Source: Bacteroidales bacterium
Lineage (GTDB): Bacteria; Bacteroidota; Bacteroidia; Bacteroidales; UBA932
NCBI GenBank assembly: GCA_017399865.1
Contig: JAFQAT010000074.1
Location: forward strand, 77-64,076
Direction of reading: 5' to 3'
DNA: 64,000 bases
Below the pieces are notes generated by a model. That model did no database searches, was not told the DNA's origin, and was given only the letters and a program-made list of their open reading frames with translations. Positions 1-10,991 of the stretch are shown here, one piece after another. The number at the start of each line of letters is the position of its first letter. The first letter of the stretch is position 1. Position numbers and translations under genes: made by a program.

Positions 1-1257
1 CTCCGTGCACAGGGCATTTCCAACGATGAGCTCGCTGTCGTGGACGGCAGACTGGCTCAGGTAGTGAAGACCAAGGGTGACCTCGTTACACTTCAGGTGT
101 TCGCAGGTACAGAAGGTATTCCTACAGACGCTGAGGTTACATTCCTCGGCGCCCCTCCTACCCTGAAGGTAAGTGACGAACTTGCAGGTCGTTTCTTCGA
201 CGCATATGGAAAGCCGCTTGACGGCGGTCCTGAAGTGGAAGGACGCGAGGTACAGATCGGAGGTCCATCGGTAAACCCTTACAAGAGAAGACAGCCTTCA
301 CAGATCATCCCTACAGGTATCGCAGGCATCGACCTCAACAACACACTGGTGTCAGGACAGAAGATTCCTTTCTTCGCAGACCCTGACCAGCCGTACAACA
401 ACGTGATGGCACAGGTGGCACTCCGCGCAGACGTGGACAAGATCATTCTCGGAGGTATGGGTCTTACAAACGATGACTACCTCTACTTCAAGCATGAGTT
501 CGAAGCGGCGGGTGCACTCGACAAGATCATCTCGTTCGTGAATACGACAGAACAGCCTCCTGTAGAGCGTCTGCTCATTCCTGACATGGCGCTGACAGCG
601 GCAGAGTATTTCGCAGTCGAGAAGAACGAGAAGGTTCTCGTGCTCCTCACCGACATGACCCTCTACGCCGACGCCCTCTCCATCGTGTCGAACCGTATGG
701 ACCAGATTCCTTCAAAGGACTCCATGCCAGGTTCGCTTTACTCTGACCTCGCAAAGATCTACGAGAAGGCAGTACAGCTCCCAGAAGGCGGTTCGATCAC
801 AATCATCGCCGTTACCACGCTCAATGACGGAGACATCACCCACGCGATTCCGGACAACACCGGATACATCACGGAGGGACAGCTCTTCCTTCGTACGGAC
901 CCGGATTCAGGAAAGGTCATCATCGACCCGTTCCGTTCGCTCTCACGTCTGAAGCAGCTCGTACAGGGCAAGAAGACCCGCAAGGACCATGGCCAGGTGA
1001 TGAACGCATCCGTACGTCTCTATGCTGACGCACAGAACGCAAAGACAAAGCTTGAGAACGGTTTCGACCTCAGCGACTATGACGAGAGATGCCTAGACTA
1101 TGCAAAGGCATATGCCACAAGACTGCTTGCGATCGATGTGAACCTGAAGATCGACGAAATGCTTGACACTGCATGGGAGCTCTTCGGTACATATTTCTCG
1201 AAGGCAGAAACCGGTATCAAGCAGGAACTTATCGACACTTACTGGAAAGGTAACTGA
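1..1257 (+). CDS. V/A-type ATP synthase subunit B (5'-truncated by window edge)
   Basis: Frame open from base 1 (LRAQGISNDELAVVDGR...); motifs GQKIPFF, LTDMTLYADAL, HAIPDNTGYITEGQ; followed by subunits D, I, K. Confidence 0.95.
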   Translation, partial: LRAQGISNDELAVVDGRLAQVVKTKGDLVTLQVFAGTEGIPTDAEVTFLGAPPTLKVSDELAGRFFDAYGKPLDGGPEVEGREVQIGGPSVNPYKRRQPSQIIPTGIAGIDLNNTLVSGQKIPFFADPDQPYNNVMAQVALRADVDKIILGGMGLTNDDYLYFKHEFEAAGALDKIISFVNTTEQPPVERLLIPDMALTAAEYFAVEKNEKVLVLLTDMTLYADALSIVSNRMDQIPSKDSMPGSLYSDLAKIYEKAVQLPEGGSITIIAVTTLNDGDITHAIPDNTGYITEGQLFLRTDPDSGKVIIDPFRSLSRLKQLVQGKKTRKDHGQVMNASVRLYADAQNAKTKLENGFDLSDYDERCLDYAKAYATRLLAIDVNLKIDEMLDTAWELFGTYFSKAETGIKQELIDTYWKGN

Positions 1258-1259
1258 TT

Positions 1260-1880
1260 ATGGCAATAAAATTCCAATATAATAAGACATCTCTGAACAA
1301 CTTGAACAAGCAGCTCAAGATGCGAAGGAATGCCCTCCCGACCTTGAAGAACAAGGAGTCGGCGCTCCGTCTTGAGGTGAAGAAGGCCAAGGACCATTCG
1401 GAGAAGCTTATTGAGGATCTTGATGCCGCCCTGAAGAAATACGACTATCTCGCAGCGCTCTGGAACGAATTCCAGCCCAGCCTTATCTCTATCGTAGACG
1501 TTGACCTTTACACGGTCAAGGTAGCCGGAGTGAAGACACCGGCCCTCGGGGAGATAAAGTATGAGATCCACGAGTTCAACGCATTCAACTGCCCGGCATG
1601 GTATGCGGACGGAGTTGCGATACTCAAGGAACTCTCCAGACTTGGAATCGAATCTGAAGTGTACAGAGAGAAAGCCCGTATTCTGGATTTCCAGAGGAAG
1701 AAGACCACTCAGAAGGTAAACCTCTATGAGAAGGTGCAGATTCCTGGATATCAGGAGGCAATAAGAAAGATCAAACGATATATGGAGGACGAGGAGAATC
1801 TCTCCAAGGCAGCCTCAAAGATCGTGAAGAGCAGACATGCTCTTGAAGAAGAAGAGGAGGAACGCAGCAATGATAATTAA
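1260..1880 (+). CDS. V/A-type ATP synthase subunit D
   Basis: LPTLKNKESALR and KKTTQKVNLYEKVQIP motifs; operon position. Confidence 0.93.
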   Translation: MAIKFQYNKTSLNNLNKQLKMRRNALPTLKNKESALRLEVKKAKDHSEKLIEDLDAALKKYDYLAALWNEFQPSLISIVDVDLYTVKVAGVKTPALGEIKYEIHEFNAFNCPAWYADGVAILKELSRLGIESEVYREKARILDFQRKKTTQKVNLYEKVQIPGYQEAIRKIKRYMEDEENLSKAASKIVKSRHALEEEEEERSNDN

Positions 1881-3723
1881 GATGACCAAATATTCCTTCA
1901 TCCTGCTTACAGGAGAGAAGGACGGTTTCCTGGAGCAGCTTCAGGAACTGGGAGTCGTGGATATCACACGTTCTGTGAAACCTGTTGACCAGGACTCTTC
2001 TGACATGCTCGCCAAGGCAGACAGAGCGCGAAAGACTCTTGAGTTCCTTGAGAGCATTGACTATACCAAGGATGCTGATTACGAAGCGATCGCAAAAGCC
2101 ACTGTCAATATAGAAGGCGACCCTGTAGACTTCATCGAACAGTGCAGGACACGCATCGCAGAACTCAACGCAGAGCTGACAGCTGCAGAAAAGCAGCTGG
2201 AGTCAAGACGTCCTTGGGGAGAATACGACAGAAGCGCTCTTGAAGGTCTCAGGGACCTCGGCTATGCGATACATTACTATTGCATCGACGCAAAGAAATT
2301 CGACCAGTCTTGGAGCGAAAGCTACCCTCTTCAGGTCGTTGAGAACGATGGTAAGAAGGTATGGTTCGTGACTGTCGTTCCTGCAGATTCCGCTGAGTAC
2401 TCACTTCCTGTCAAGGAAATGAACGCTCCTGCAGGAACCTACAGCGAATGCGTTTCGGAAATAAACCGCATCAAGGCAGAGATCATCGGCTGCAAGGCAG
2501 GTCTTCTCAATGCGAAGGATTATATCCCTGCAATCAAGGAGGCACGCAACAGCAGTCTTGTAGATTTCGACAGATACATGGCTGACAACGCTGCAGCAGG
2601 TGCGGCTGAAGACATGCTCACAGTATTCACAGGATTTGCTCCTGTTGAAAACGATGAGGCATTGACAGAAGCATTCGACAAGATGGGCGTCCTTTATATA
2701 AAGGAGGAAGCCGTACAGGAGGACAATCCTCCGATCAAGCTGAAGAACAACTGGTTCACACGCCAGTTCGAGGTCTTCACCGAGATGTATGGAATGCCGG
2801 TGTATACGGAATTCGACCCAACACCTGTAGTAGCTCCTTTCTACCTGCTTTTCTTTGCCATGTGTATGGGAGATGCGGGATATGGAATCATCCTTCTTCT
2901 GATGGGCATAATGCTCAACAAGGGATGGATGAAGATCGGAATGTTCGATGGTCTCGGCAACATCATCGCCCTTCTCGGAGCGGGAACTATTGCTGTCGGC
3001 ACGATACTGGGAACATTCTTCGGAATAAGCCTGTATGATGCTGCATGGGTCCCTGAATGGCTGAAAAGCTGCATGATTGTAGGAGACGTCGAGATACCGG
3101 GAATAGGTGTCCTAAACATCCAGATGCTCCTTGCGATGGGAATCGGTATCTTCCACATCTGCCTGGCGATGACAGTCAAGGCATTCTGCTATACCAAACG
3201 TTTCGGCATAAAGGAGAACATCGCCACATGGGGATGGCTTCTGCTGATAGTAGGAGGAGTCATTCTGGCCCTTCTGGGTGTAGGAAAGATCCTTTCACCA
3301 GAGGCAATGAAATGGGCTGTAATCGCTGTAGGAGGCATTTCGGCGCTTGCAATCTATGTATTCAACACTCCAGGCAGAAACCCGCTCATCAACATTGGAG
3401 CAGGCCTATGGGACACATACAACATGGCTACCGGAATCCTGGGTGATGTGCTCAGCTACCTCCGCCTCTTCGCACTCGGTCTTGCAGGCGGAATGCTCGG
3501 CCAGGCATTCAACAACCTTGCCCTGTCCGTAAAGAGCGACAGCATCATCACATGGCTCCCATTCGTTCTCATACTTGTCATCGGACATCTGATGAACCTT
3601 CTGCTTTCAGGACTGGGAGCATTCGTACACCCTATGCGTCTTACATTCATGGAATACTTCAAGAACGCAGGATACGAAGGAAAGGGTGCGGCCTATAATC
3701 CGCTCACAACAAACAAGGAATAA
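1870..3723 (+). CDS. V/A-type ATP synthase subunit I (a)
   Basis: YGMPVYTEFDPT, GDAGYG, DVLSYLRLFALGL, HPMRLTFMEYF; start re-called to ATG 1870 (MIIKMTKY). Confidence 0.93.
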   Translation: MIIKMTKYSFILLTGEKDGFLEQLQELGVVDITRSVKPVDQDSSDMLAKADRARKTLEFLESIDYTKDADYEAIAKATVNIEGDPVDFIEQCRTRIAELNAELTAAEKQLESRRPWGEYDRSALEGLRDLGYAIHYYCIDAKKFDQSWSESYPLQVVENDGKKVWFVTVVPADSAEYSLPVKEMNAPAGTYSECVSEINRIKAEIIGCKAGLLNAKDYIPAIKEARNSSLVDFDRYMADNAAAGAAEDMLTVFTGFAPVENDEALTEAFDKMGVLYIKEEAVQEDNPPIKLKNNWFTRQFEVFTEMYGMPVYTEFDPTPVVAPFYLLFFAMCMGDAGYGIILLLMGIMLNKGWMKIGMFDGLGNIIALLGAGTIAVGTILGTFFGISLYDAAWVPEWLKSCMIVGDVEIPGIGVLNIQMLLAMGIGIFHICLAMTVKAFCYTKRFGIKENIATWGWLLLIVGGVILALLGVGKILSPEAMKWAVIAVGGISALAIYVFNTPGRNPLINIGAGLWDTYNMATGILGDVLSYLRLFALGLAGGMLGQAFNNLALSVKSDSIITWLPFVLILVIGHLMNLLLSGLGAFVHPMRLTFMEYFKNAGYEGKGAAYNPLTTNKE

Positions 3724-3727
3724 ATAA

Positions 3728-4177
<450 letters not shown>

Positions 4178-4194
4178 AGACAGTCTTCAAAGAC

Positions 4195-4234
4195 AACAAA
4201 AAATCCAAGGCTTCGCGGCCTTGGATTTTTTGTT
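4195..4234. terminator. Bidirectional intrinsic terminator between the ATPase operon and ndk
   Basis: 17-bp perfect inverted repeat aacaaaaaatccaaggc / gccttggattttttgtt, 6-nt loop, giving a U-tract on both strands. Confidence 0.88.
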
Positions 4235-4250
4235 TTATGAAAGTCTAGAA

Positions 4251-4712
4251 CTACATTTCGTCAGGAGCGTACTTGAAAGGATCGAGAGGTGACTTGTAAT
4301 CGCAGTAGTCTTCATCCTTGAAGAACCTCTTGAGCTCGATCTCGGCATTCTCAGGAGAATCTGAAGTATGTACGACATTCTCCTGTGCGCTGAGGCTGTA
4401 GTCGCCGCGGATTGTACCAGGGACAGCCTTGCTTGCCCTTGTAGCGCCCGCCATGTCACGTACGACCTGTACTGCGCTGTATCCTTCCCAGCAGCAGAGG
4501 ATCACCGGAGCTGCCATCATTCCGTCGCGAAGCCAAGGGAAGAATGGCTTGTCAAGAAGATGAGCATAATGTACCTTCAGGATTTCTTCATCGAGCTGCA
4601 CCATCTTCATGGCTACAAGTTTAAGTCCTCTTTTCTCGAATCTTGAGATCACCTCACCCACAAGTCCTCTCTGAAGACATCCGGGCTTAAGAATAACTAG
4701 TGTTCTTTCCAT
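4251..4712 (-). CDS. ndk: Nucleoside diphosphate kinase
   Basis: MERTLVILKP, PGTIRGDY, NVVHTSDS (phospho-His); start re-called to ATG 4712. Confidence 0.95.
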   Translation of the reverse strand: MERTLVILKPGCLQRGLVGEVISRFEKRGLKLVAMKMVQLDEEILKVHYAHLLDKPFFPWLRDGMMAAPVILCCWEGYSAVQVVRDMAGATRASKAVPGTIRGDYSLSAQENVVHTSDSPENAEIELKRFFKDEDYCDYKSPLDPFKYAPDEM

Positions 4713-4793
4713 ATCAGTTATAGTGTATTGATTAATTACGTCCAAACAATCTGCAAGTTAATAAATTATTCCCTTTAATAAAAATATAAATGC

Positions 4794-4801
4794 TATCTTT
4801 G
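4794..4801 (+). promoter_or_regulatory. Bacteroidota sigma-A -7 element upstream of gpsA
   Basis: TATCTTTG matches TAnnTTTG, 16 nt before ATG. Confidence 0.6.
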
Positions 4802-4817
4802 TAGAAAAGATACAGCA

Positions 4818-5822
4818 ATGAGCTACAAGATAAAGAAAGATGCAGTATGCGGCATGATAGGATACGGCAGCTGGGCAACGGCTCTCGTGCATACGCTGCA
4901 GGAGAACAGACAGTCCATCTGGTGGCATATCCGCAACCCGGAAGTCCTGGAATCCATACAGACGGAAGGCAGGAACGCCAAATACCTGAATGACGTCGAG
5001 TTCGACAAGGAAATGATCAATGCCACAGACGACATCAATGAAGTCGTAAGGAATTCAGACATCATAGTCATAGCTGCTCCTTCGGCCTACCTGAAGGATT
5101 TCATGAAGGATCTGACAGAGCCTCTGGACGGAAAGTTCATACTCTCGGCTACAAAGGGCATCATACCGGACGACTACAAGACGATAACCGAATTCTTCCG
5201 CGACACCTACAGCCTGTCGTATGACCACCTGGGCATCATATCAGGTCCGTCGCACGCAGAAGAGGTTTCAAGAGACAGGCTCTCGTACCTTACCGTTGCC
5301 ACGACTGATGAAGAGAACGGAAAGATCATAGGATCGAAATTCGGCACCCAGAACCTGCAGATAAGATATTCACAAGATATCTACGGCATCGAATATGCGG
5401 GCATACTCAAGAACATCTACGCATTGGCAGGAGGACTCGCAGCCGGACTCGGATACGGTGACAACTTCAGAGCAGTTCTGACTGCTGCAGGAGCGCAGGA
5501 GATGACAAGATTCATCAACGAGAGCTATCCTTTCGAGCGTGACACGATGCAGTCCGCATATCTAGGAGACCTTCTTGTGACATCATACTCGACATTCAGC
5601 CGAAACAGACGCCTCGGACAGCTGATCGGTCATGGAAACACAGTCAAGAGTGCCCTCAATGAGATGACAATGATTGCAGAAGGCTACTTTGCCGCAGAAT
5701 GCATAAAGCACATCAATGAAAGACACAATGTACACATGCCGATTGCAGATATGGTATACGATGTGCTCTACAGAAGGGCAAACCCAAGAAGAAGAATGAA
5801 GGAACTTACAACACAATTATAA
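4818..5822 (+). CDS. gpsA: NAD(P)H-dependent glycerol-3-phosphate dehydrogenase
   Basis: GYGSWATAL, SATKG, SGPSHAEEV, LKNIYA, GDLLVT..SRN. Confidence 0.93.
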   Translation: MSYKIKKDAVCGMIGYGSWATALVHTLQENRQSIWWHIRNPEVLESIQTEGRNAKYLNDVEFDKEMINATDDINEVVRNSDIIVIAAPSAYLKDFMKDLTEPLDGKFILSATKGIIPDDYKTITEFFRDTYSLSYDHLGIISGPSHAEEVSRDRLSYLTVATTDEENGKIIGSKFGTQNLQIRYSQDIYGIEYAGILKNIYALAGGLAAGLGYGDNFRAVLTAAGAQEMTRFINESYPFERDTMQSAYLGDLLVTSYSTFSRNRRLGQLIGHGNTVKSALNEMTMIAEGYFAAECIKHINERHNVHMPIADMVYDVLYRRANPRRRMKELTTQL

Positions 5823-5828
5823 AAGACC

Positions 5829-6212
5829 ATGAAAGGAAAGATCATAGGCATTACCGCTGGAATCCTGGCTCTCGTGCTCGCAGGATTCATTTTCTTCAAG
5901 TTCTATTTCGTGTTCGGCGAAGGAGTGAAGGCCGGCGAACTGAACTTTGTAGTGTACAAAGGTTATGTATTCAAGACATATGAAGGCCGTGCAATCCAGG
6001 CCGGCTTCGGCAAGGGCAAGGGAGCCAATGCAGGAGCCATCCAGTCATATGAATTCGATTTCTCGATCACAGACAAGGCTGTAGCCGACTCTCTGATGAG
6101 ATGCGGAGGCAAGATGGTCGAGCTCCACTACAAGGAGTATCTCGGCACATTGCCTTGGAGAGGAAAGCAAAGATATATCGTAGACAGAATCGTTTCTGTA
6201 CGGGACATTTAA
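5829..6212 (+). CDS. Conserved hypothetical single-TM membrane protein
   Basis: N-terminal TM helix; KGYVFKTYEG and LHYKEY...PWRG motifs seen in a Bacteroidota hypothetical family. Confidence 0.7.
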   Translation: MKGKIIGITAGILALVLAGFIFFKFYFVFGEGVKAGELNFVVYKGYVFKTYEGRAIQAGFGKGKGANAGAIQSYEFDFSITDKAVADSLMRCGGKMVELHYKEYLGTLPWRGKQRYIVDRIVSVRDI

Positions 6213-6222
6213 CCATCAGCTT

Positions 6223-8223
6223 ATGAAGAAGAACCTTATGATCCTGGGCCTGCTGTGCCTGGGATTGACTTTGTCTGCGCAGACAGGAGTATTCAGCACA
6301 AGACCGGCAAATCCGCAGGACGGAAAGATCCTGACCATGGAAGAGACGATTCTTTCCCGCGACCTCTCCCCTGTCAGCCTCCACTGCACATGGGACAGCA
6401 ACGGCTCACTTCTTGTCCATAAGGACGGAAGATGGCAGGTTCATGACCTGAAGACAGGAGCCGAGCAGGAATATCGGCCTGCCGAAGCGTCTGGGATGGC
6501 CGCATACGTCAAAGGCCAGAGCCTTTGGCTCAGAGGCAAGGACGGCAAGGAAACGGTGATCGCCGAAAGCAAAGATCCGAACATCACATACGGCCAGTTC
6601 GTAAGCCGCAACGAGTTCGGAATCGAGGACGGCATCTTCTGGTCACCGGACAGCACTAAAGTAGCGTTCTACCGCAAGGACGAGTCCAAGGTCACATCCT
6701 TCCCTCTTCTGGACATCACGACACGCACAGGAAGCCTCAAGGAGATAAAGTACCCGATGGCCGGAATGGATTCAGAGAATGTACAGCTATGGATCTATGA
6801 CATAGCAAGCGGAGAGACCGCAAGGATAGAAGGCGGAGATTTCGGATACGACACATATCTGACCAACGTCACGTGGGCTCCTGACGCATCCAGGATATAT
6901 ATCCAGGTCCTGGACAGAAGCCAGAAGCATATGAGGCTCATTTCATATGACCCGTCAGACGGAAAGATGCTCGGTACGATCCTGACCGAAGACAACGGGA
7001 AGTATGTCGAGCCGATGGATCCTCTTTACTTCATCAAGGACAGCGGAGTCTTCATTTACCGCACGGCAAACCGCGACGGATACAGGAACCTTTATCTCTG
7101 CGACAATGACGGAAACATACGCAGGCTGACATCCGTTGACGCTGATGTGGAATACATAGCCAATGACGGCCGATATGTATACTACACATCTGCAGAGGTT
7201 TCTCCGGTAGAGAACCATCTCTTCAGAATAGAGATCAAAGGACTGAAGAAAGGCGTTCAGAAGGCTGTTTTCGGAAAGCCGCAGAGGCTGACTTCCGAAC
7301 CGGGATGGCACACCATTGCCATGAGCCCGGACTGCAGGCATTTCACAGACACATGGAGCAGCCTTTCTGTTCCCCGCGTGACAGACCTCTGCACTTCAGA
7401 CGGAAAGACTGTCAGGAATCTTCTTACGGCAGAAGACCCTACAATGGACTATGCCTACACCGAAATATCACTCGGAACAGTAAAGAGCGCAGACGGCCTT
7501 TATGACAATTATTACCGTCTGATCAAGCCTAAGGACTTCGACCCATCGAAGAAATATCCGGTAATAGTCTATGTGTACGGGGGTCCTCACTCACAGATGG
7601 TCCAGAACACATACATGGGACTTCTGCGCAGGTGGGAGATGTACATGGCCCAGCGCGGCTACCTCGTATATGTCCAGGACAACAGAGGCACGCAGAACCG
7701 CGGACTGGCCTTCGAACAGGCCATCCACGGACAGTGCGGACAGGCGGAGATGGCCGACCAGATGGAAGGCGTGAAGATGCTGATGGACCTGCCTTACGTC
7801 GACAGGGAGCGCATCGGAGTACATGGATGGAGCTACGGCGGATTCATGACCATATCACTGATAACCAACTATCCTGATGTGTTCAAGGTAGGAGTCGCGG
7901 GAGGTCCGGTAATCGACTGGAAATGGTATGAGGTGATGTATGGAGAAAGATATATGGACCACCCTGACAGAAATCCTGAAGGTTACGCGAAGACAAGCCT
8001 GATCAATAAGGCGAAGGATCTCAAAGGCAAGCTTCTGATCTGTCAGGGCGCTGTGGATCCTGTGGTCGTATGGGAGCACAGCCTGAGTTTCATACGCGAA
8101 TGCATCAAGAACAATGTTCAGGTGAACTACTTCCCTTATCCATGCGCAGAGCACAATGTAATGGGAAAGGACAGGGTGCATCTGCACGACAAGATATCCA
8201 TGTATTTCGAAGATTATCTGTAA
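6223..8223 (+). CDS. S9B family dipeptidyl/prolyl tripeptidyl peptidase
   Basis: Signal peptide, DPP-IV-type N-terminal propeller, GWSYGG nucleophile, Asp (VDPVV) and His (EHNV) triad. Confidence 0.92.
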   Translation: MKKNLMILGLLCLGLTLSAQTGVFSTRPANPQDGKILTMEETILSRDLSPVSLHCTWDSNGSLLVHKDGRWQVHDLKTGAEQEYRPAEASGMAAYVKGQSLWLRGKDGKETVIAESKDPNITYGQFVSRNEFGIEDGIFWSPDSTKVAFYRKDESKVTSFPLLDITTRTGSLKEIKYPMAGMDSENVQLWIYDIASGETARIEGGDFGYDTYLTNVTWAPDASRIYIQVLDRSQKHMRLISYDPSDGKMLGTILTEDNGKYVEPMDPLYFIKDSGVFIYRTANRDGYRNLYLCDNDGNIRRLTSVDADVEYIANDGRYVYYTSAEVSPVENHLFRIEIKGLKKGVQKAVFGKPQRLTSEPGWHTIAMSPDCRHFTDTWSSLSVPRVTDLCTSDGKTVRNLLTAEDPTMDYAYTEISLGTVKSADGLYDNYYRLIKPKDFDPSKKYPVIVYVYGGPHSQMVQNTYMGLLRRWEMYMAQRGYLVYVQDNRGTQNRGLAFEQAIHGQCGQAEMADQMEGVKMLMDLPYVDRERIGVHGWSYGGFMTISLITNYPDVFKVGVAGGPVIDWKWYEVMYGERYMDHPDRNPEGYAKTSLINKAKDLKGKLLICQGAVDPVVVWEHSLSFIRECIKNNVQVNYFPYPCAEHNVMGKDRVHLHDKISMYFEDYL

Positions 8224-8272
8224 TGCTTTCCCAGATTTTGTATTAAATTTGTCTTATTAAATCCGCTGGATC

Positions 8273-9478
8273 ATGGGAATGAAATCTATAAAGGACGTCT
8301 ACAAGATAGGTAAGGGTCCGTCGAGCAGCCACACCATGGGGCCGTTCAAGTCAGTAAGGCATTATGTGAATCATCATACTCAAGCACAGAAGATCATGGT
8401 GACCCTGTACGGTTCGCTTGCAGCGACCGGCAAAGGTCACCTTACAGACTGGGCCTGTGAGGATGCGTTCCGCGACGGAACAGTCGTGATCGTATGGATG
8501 CCTAAAGAAACCCTGCCGATGCATCCGAACGGTATGACCATTGGAGTTCTGGAAGCTGACGGAAGCACATCAGATGTCTGGACATACTACAGCGTAGGAG
8601 GCGGAGACATCGTGTGTGTGGAACATCCCATAGAGACCGAAGGAGACAAGGAAGTATACGAACTGACCACCATGAAGGACATCATGGACTGGTGCAACGC
8701 AAACGGAAAGTCTTATTGGGAGTATGTGGACGAAAGAGAGAATCCCGAGGTATGGGAACATCTTGGAAAGGTCTGGAAGGTAATGCGCGCTGCAGTAGAG
8801 CGCGGAATCGACCAGGAAGGCGCTCTTCCGGGACCGCTCAACCTGCGCAGAAAGGCATCCAGCTACTTCATACGCGCAGAAGGCTACAGTGACGTCCTCC
8901 GTACAAGAGGCCTCATATTCGCATATGCCCTTGCTGTCAGCGAGGAAAACGCGAGCGGAGGCATGATAGTGACCGGACCGACATGCGGTTCATGCGGCGT
9001 ACTCCCGAGCGTGCTTTTCCATATGCAGAAATTCTATAACTTCAGTGACCAGAGGATCCTCAGAGCACTGGCTACCGCAGGTATCTTCGGCACTGTAGTA
9101 AAACACAACGCTTCTGTATCAGGAGCCGAGGTCGGCTGTCAGGGAGAGGTCGGAGTTGCCTGCGCCATGGCCGCCGCGGCTGCTGCGCAGCTCATGGGCG
9201 GCAGCCCGTCGCAGATCGAGTACGCAGCCGAAATGGGCCTGGAGCATCACCTGGGCCTTACATGCGACCCTGTATGCGGCCTTGTGCAGATTCCGTGCAT
9301 CGAGAGAAATGCCTATGCGGCAGCACGCGCTCTTGATGCGGCCATATATTCTATGTACACAGACGGACGCCACCGTGTATCATTTGACAAGGTAGTGAAG
9401 GTGATGAAGGAAACAGGAAAGGATCTCCCTTCGGTCTACAAGGAGACCAGCGAGGGCGGCCTTGCAAAGCATCTATAA
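8273..9478 (+). CDS. sdaA: L-serine ammonia-lyase (Fe-S, single chain)
   Basis: GPSSSHTMGP, GAEVGCQGEVG, GLTCDPVCGLVQIPCIERN. Confidence 0.93.
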   Translation: MGMKSIKDVYKIGKGPSSSHTMGPFKSVRHYVNHHTQAQKIMVTLYGSLAATGKGHLTDWACEDAFRDGTVVIVWMPKETLPMHPNGMTIGVLEADGSTSDVWTYYSVGGGDIVCVEHPIETEGDKEVYELTTMKDIMDWCNANGKSYWEYVDERENPEVWEHLGKVWKVMRAAVERGIDQEGALPGPLNLRRKASSYFIRAEGYSDVLRTRGLIFAYALAVSEENASGGMIVTGPTCGSCGVLPSVLFHMQKFYNFSDQRILRALATAGIFGTVVKHNASVSGAEVGCQGEVGVACAMAAAAAAQLMGGSPSQIEYAAEMGLEHHLGLTCDPVCGLVQIPCIERNAYAAARALDAAIYSMYTDGRHRVSFDKVVKVMKETGKDLPSVYKETSEGGLAKHL

Positions 9479-9488
9479 AAACCATCCC

Positions 9489-10133
9489 ATGGCAGGACGA
9501 AGATTCGACACTTGCTTCTTTGAGCGTTACGCTCAGCACACTCTCGAGACATTTCTCGGGAGCAGTTACTCTGCGCTGGTGAATGAAGACAGGCCGGATC
9601 TTCAGATGCCTGACAAGTCACTCGGAATAGAGGTCACAAGGGCCATGGAACCGCGCAAGGATGTCGCACAGGATCTGCTGCGCGAAATGGCAGGCGTTGA
9701 ATCCCCTTCAGACGACCATGAAGAAATCGAGCAGATCATCAAGTCTGGTTACGGATACGGTCTTCAGGACGGACGCTATATCGGACGTCTGGAATACGAA
9801 TACTGGCGTCTCGCCCACCCTCTCAGACGCATCATTGAAAGCAAGGTAGGCAAAGTAGGTTCAGGATTCTACGGTGACTTCAAGGAGTACGGCCTGTACA
9901 TATTCTGCAAGGACCATCTTACCGAAGAGGAAGTCATCCTGACCATGGAGTATACCAGCGACCTCCAGCGCCACCTTGACATCAGATATTCGAAGATGTA
10001 TCTTTCCCTTATCGACAGACTCTATGTCTGCGACCTCGCATCGGTCGACCGGACCGAACACTCAACAAAATGCACATCCTACGATATTTCACGCAAGATG
10101 TGCAAAGATTTCTTCCTCAAGTCTCTGGACTAG
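9489..10133 (+). CDS. Hypothetical protein with PD-(D/E)xK-like motif
   Basis: Long ORF with host-like codon usage; EDRPDL...LGIEVTR; start re-called to ATG 9489 after the sdaA stop. Confidence 0.65.
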   Translation: MAGRRFDTCFFERYAQHTLETFLGSSYSALVNEDRPDLQMPDKSLGIEVTRAMEPRKDVAQDLLREMAGVESPSDDHEEIEQIIKSGYGYGLQDGRYIGRLEYEYWRLAHPLRRIIESKVGKVGSGFYGDFKEYGLYIFCKDHLTEEEVILTMEYTSDLQRHLDIRYSKMYLSLIDRLYVCDLASVDRTEHSTKCTSYDISRKMCKDFFLKSLD

Positions 10134-10972
10134 AGGTTCGCTGTTCTGGCTGCGACTTCTCCTGCTGCCTTTGCGTAGTTTTCCGTGCTGTCGGCAAAGA
10201 GGATTCCTCGTGAAGAATTGATAAGAAGACCGCCATGGTCATTTGCGCCGTGGGCGATGACTTCTTCTGCAGAGCCACCCTGGGCGCCTACGCCAGGCAC
10301 CAGGAAGAAATTGTCCGGACAGAAGGTGCGGAGCTCTTCGAGCTTGTCAGCCTTGGTAGCTCCGACTACGAACATCATGTTGTCCGGAGTCGATATCTCC
10401 ATCATTTCCTCCATAACGGCCTGATAAAGAGGCTTGCCATCTTTCTGCGCAGTCTGGAACTGATATGCGGAAGCGTTTGATGTCAAGGCAAGAACGATGG
10501 CCCATTTATCCCTGTACTCAAGGAACGGAGTGACGCTGTCGGCTCCCATGTAAGGGGCGATTGTGACTGCGTCGAAGTCCATTTCCTCAAAGAACGCCTT
10601 TGCATACATTTTCGCCGTGTTTCCTATGTCTCCCCTCTTCGCATCTGCAATCAGGAAAATCTCGGGATACTTCGACCTGATGTAATCCACTGTAGCATCA
10701 AGGGCTCTCATGCCGTCGATTCCATAGCATTCATAGAAAGCAAGGTTAGGCTTGTATGCCACGCAATGAGGTGCAGTAGCATCGATGATGGCCTTGTTGA
10801 ACTCGATGATCGAGCGCGCCTTGCCCTTGTACAGCTCGCCTTTAATTGCAAGCTCACCATGATTTGCCAAAGCCTTCACATGCTCGGGCATCTTATTGAA
10901 ATCTACATCCAGGCCTACGCAAAGCATGCTCTTCTTCGCCTGAATCTGCTGGTATAATTCCTTTCTATTCAT
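10130..10972 (-). CDS. pyrF: Orotidine-5'-phosphate decarboxylase
   Basis: LCVGLD, YKPNLAFYE, DAKRGDIGNT, PGVGAQGG, NSSRGI; start re-called to ATG 10972. Confidence 0.95.
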   Translation of the reverse strand: MNRKELYQQIQAKKSMLCVGLDVDFNKMPEHVKALANHGELAIKGELYKGKARSIIEFNKAIIDATAPHCVAYKPNLAFYECYGIDGMRALDATVDYIRSKYPEIFLIADAKRGDIGNTAKMYAKAFFEEMDFDAVTIAPYMGADSVTPFLEYRDKWAIVLALTSNASAYQFQTAQKDGKPLYQAVMEEMMEISTPDNMMFVVGATKADKLEELRTFCPDNFFLVPGVGAQGGSAEEVIAHGANDHGGLLINSSRGILFADSTENYAKAAGEVAARTANL

Positions 10973-10991
10973 AATATACTTTATTAAAAGC

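Noticed and set aside
10130-10133. Shared CTAG stop overlaps between convergent genes (also 19963-19966)
   Set aside because: A common outcome in compact genomes; not informative alone
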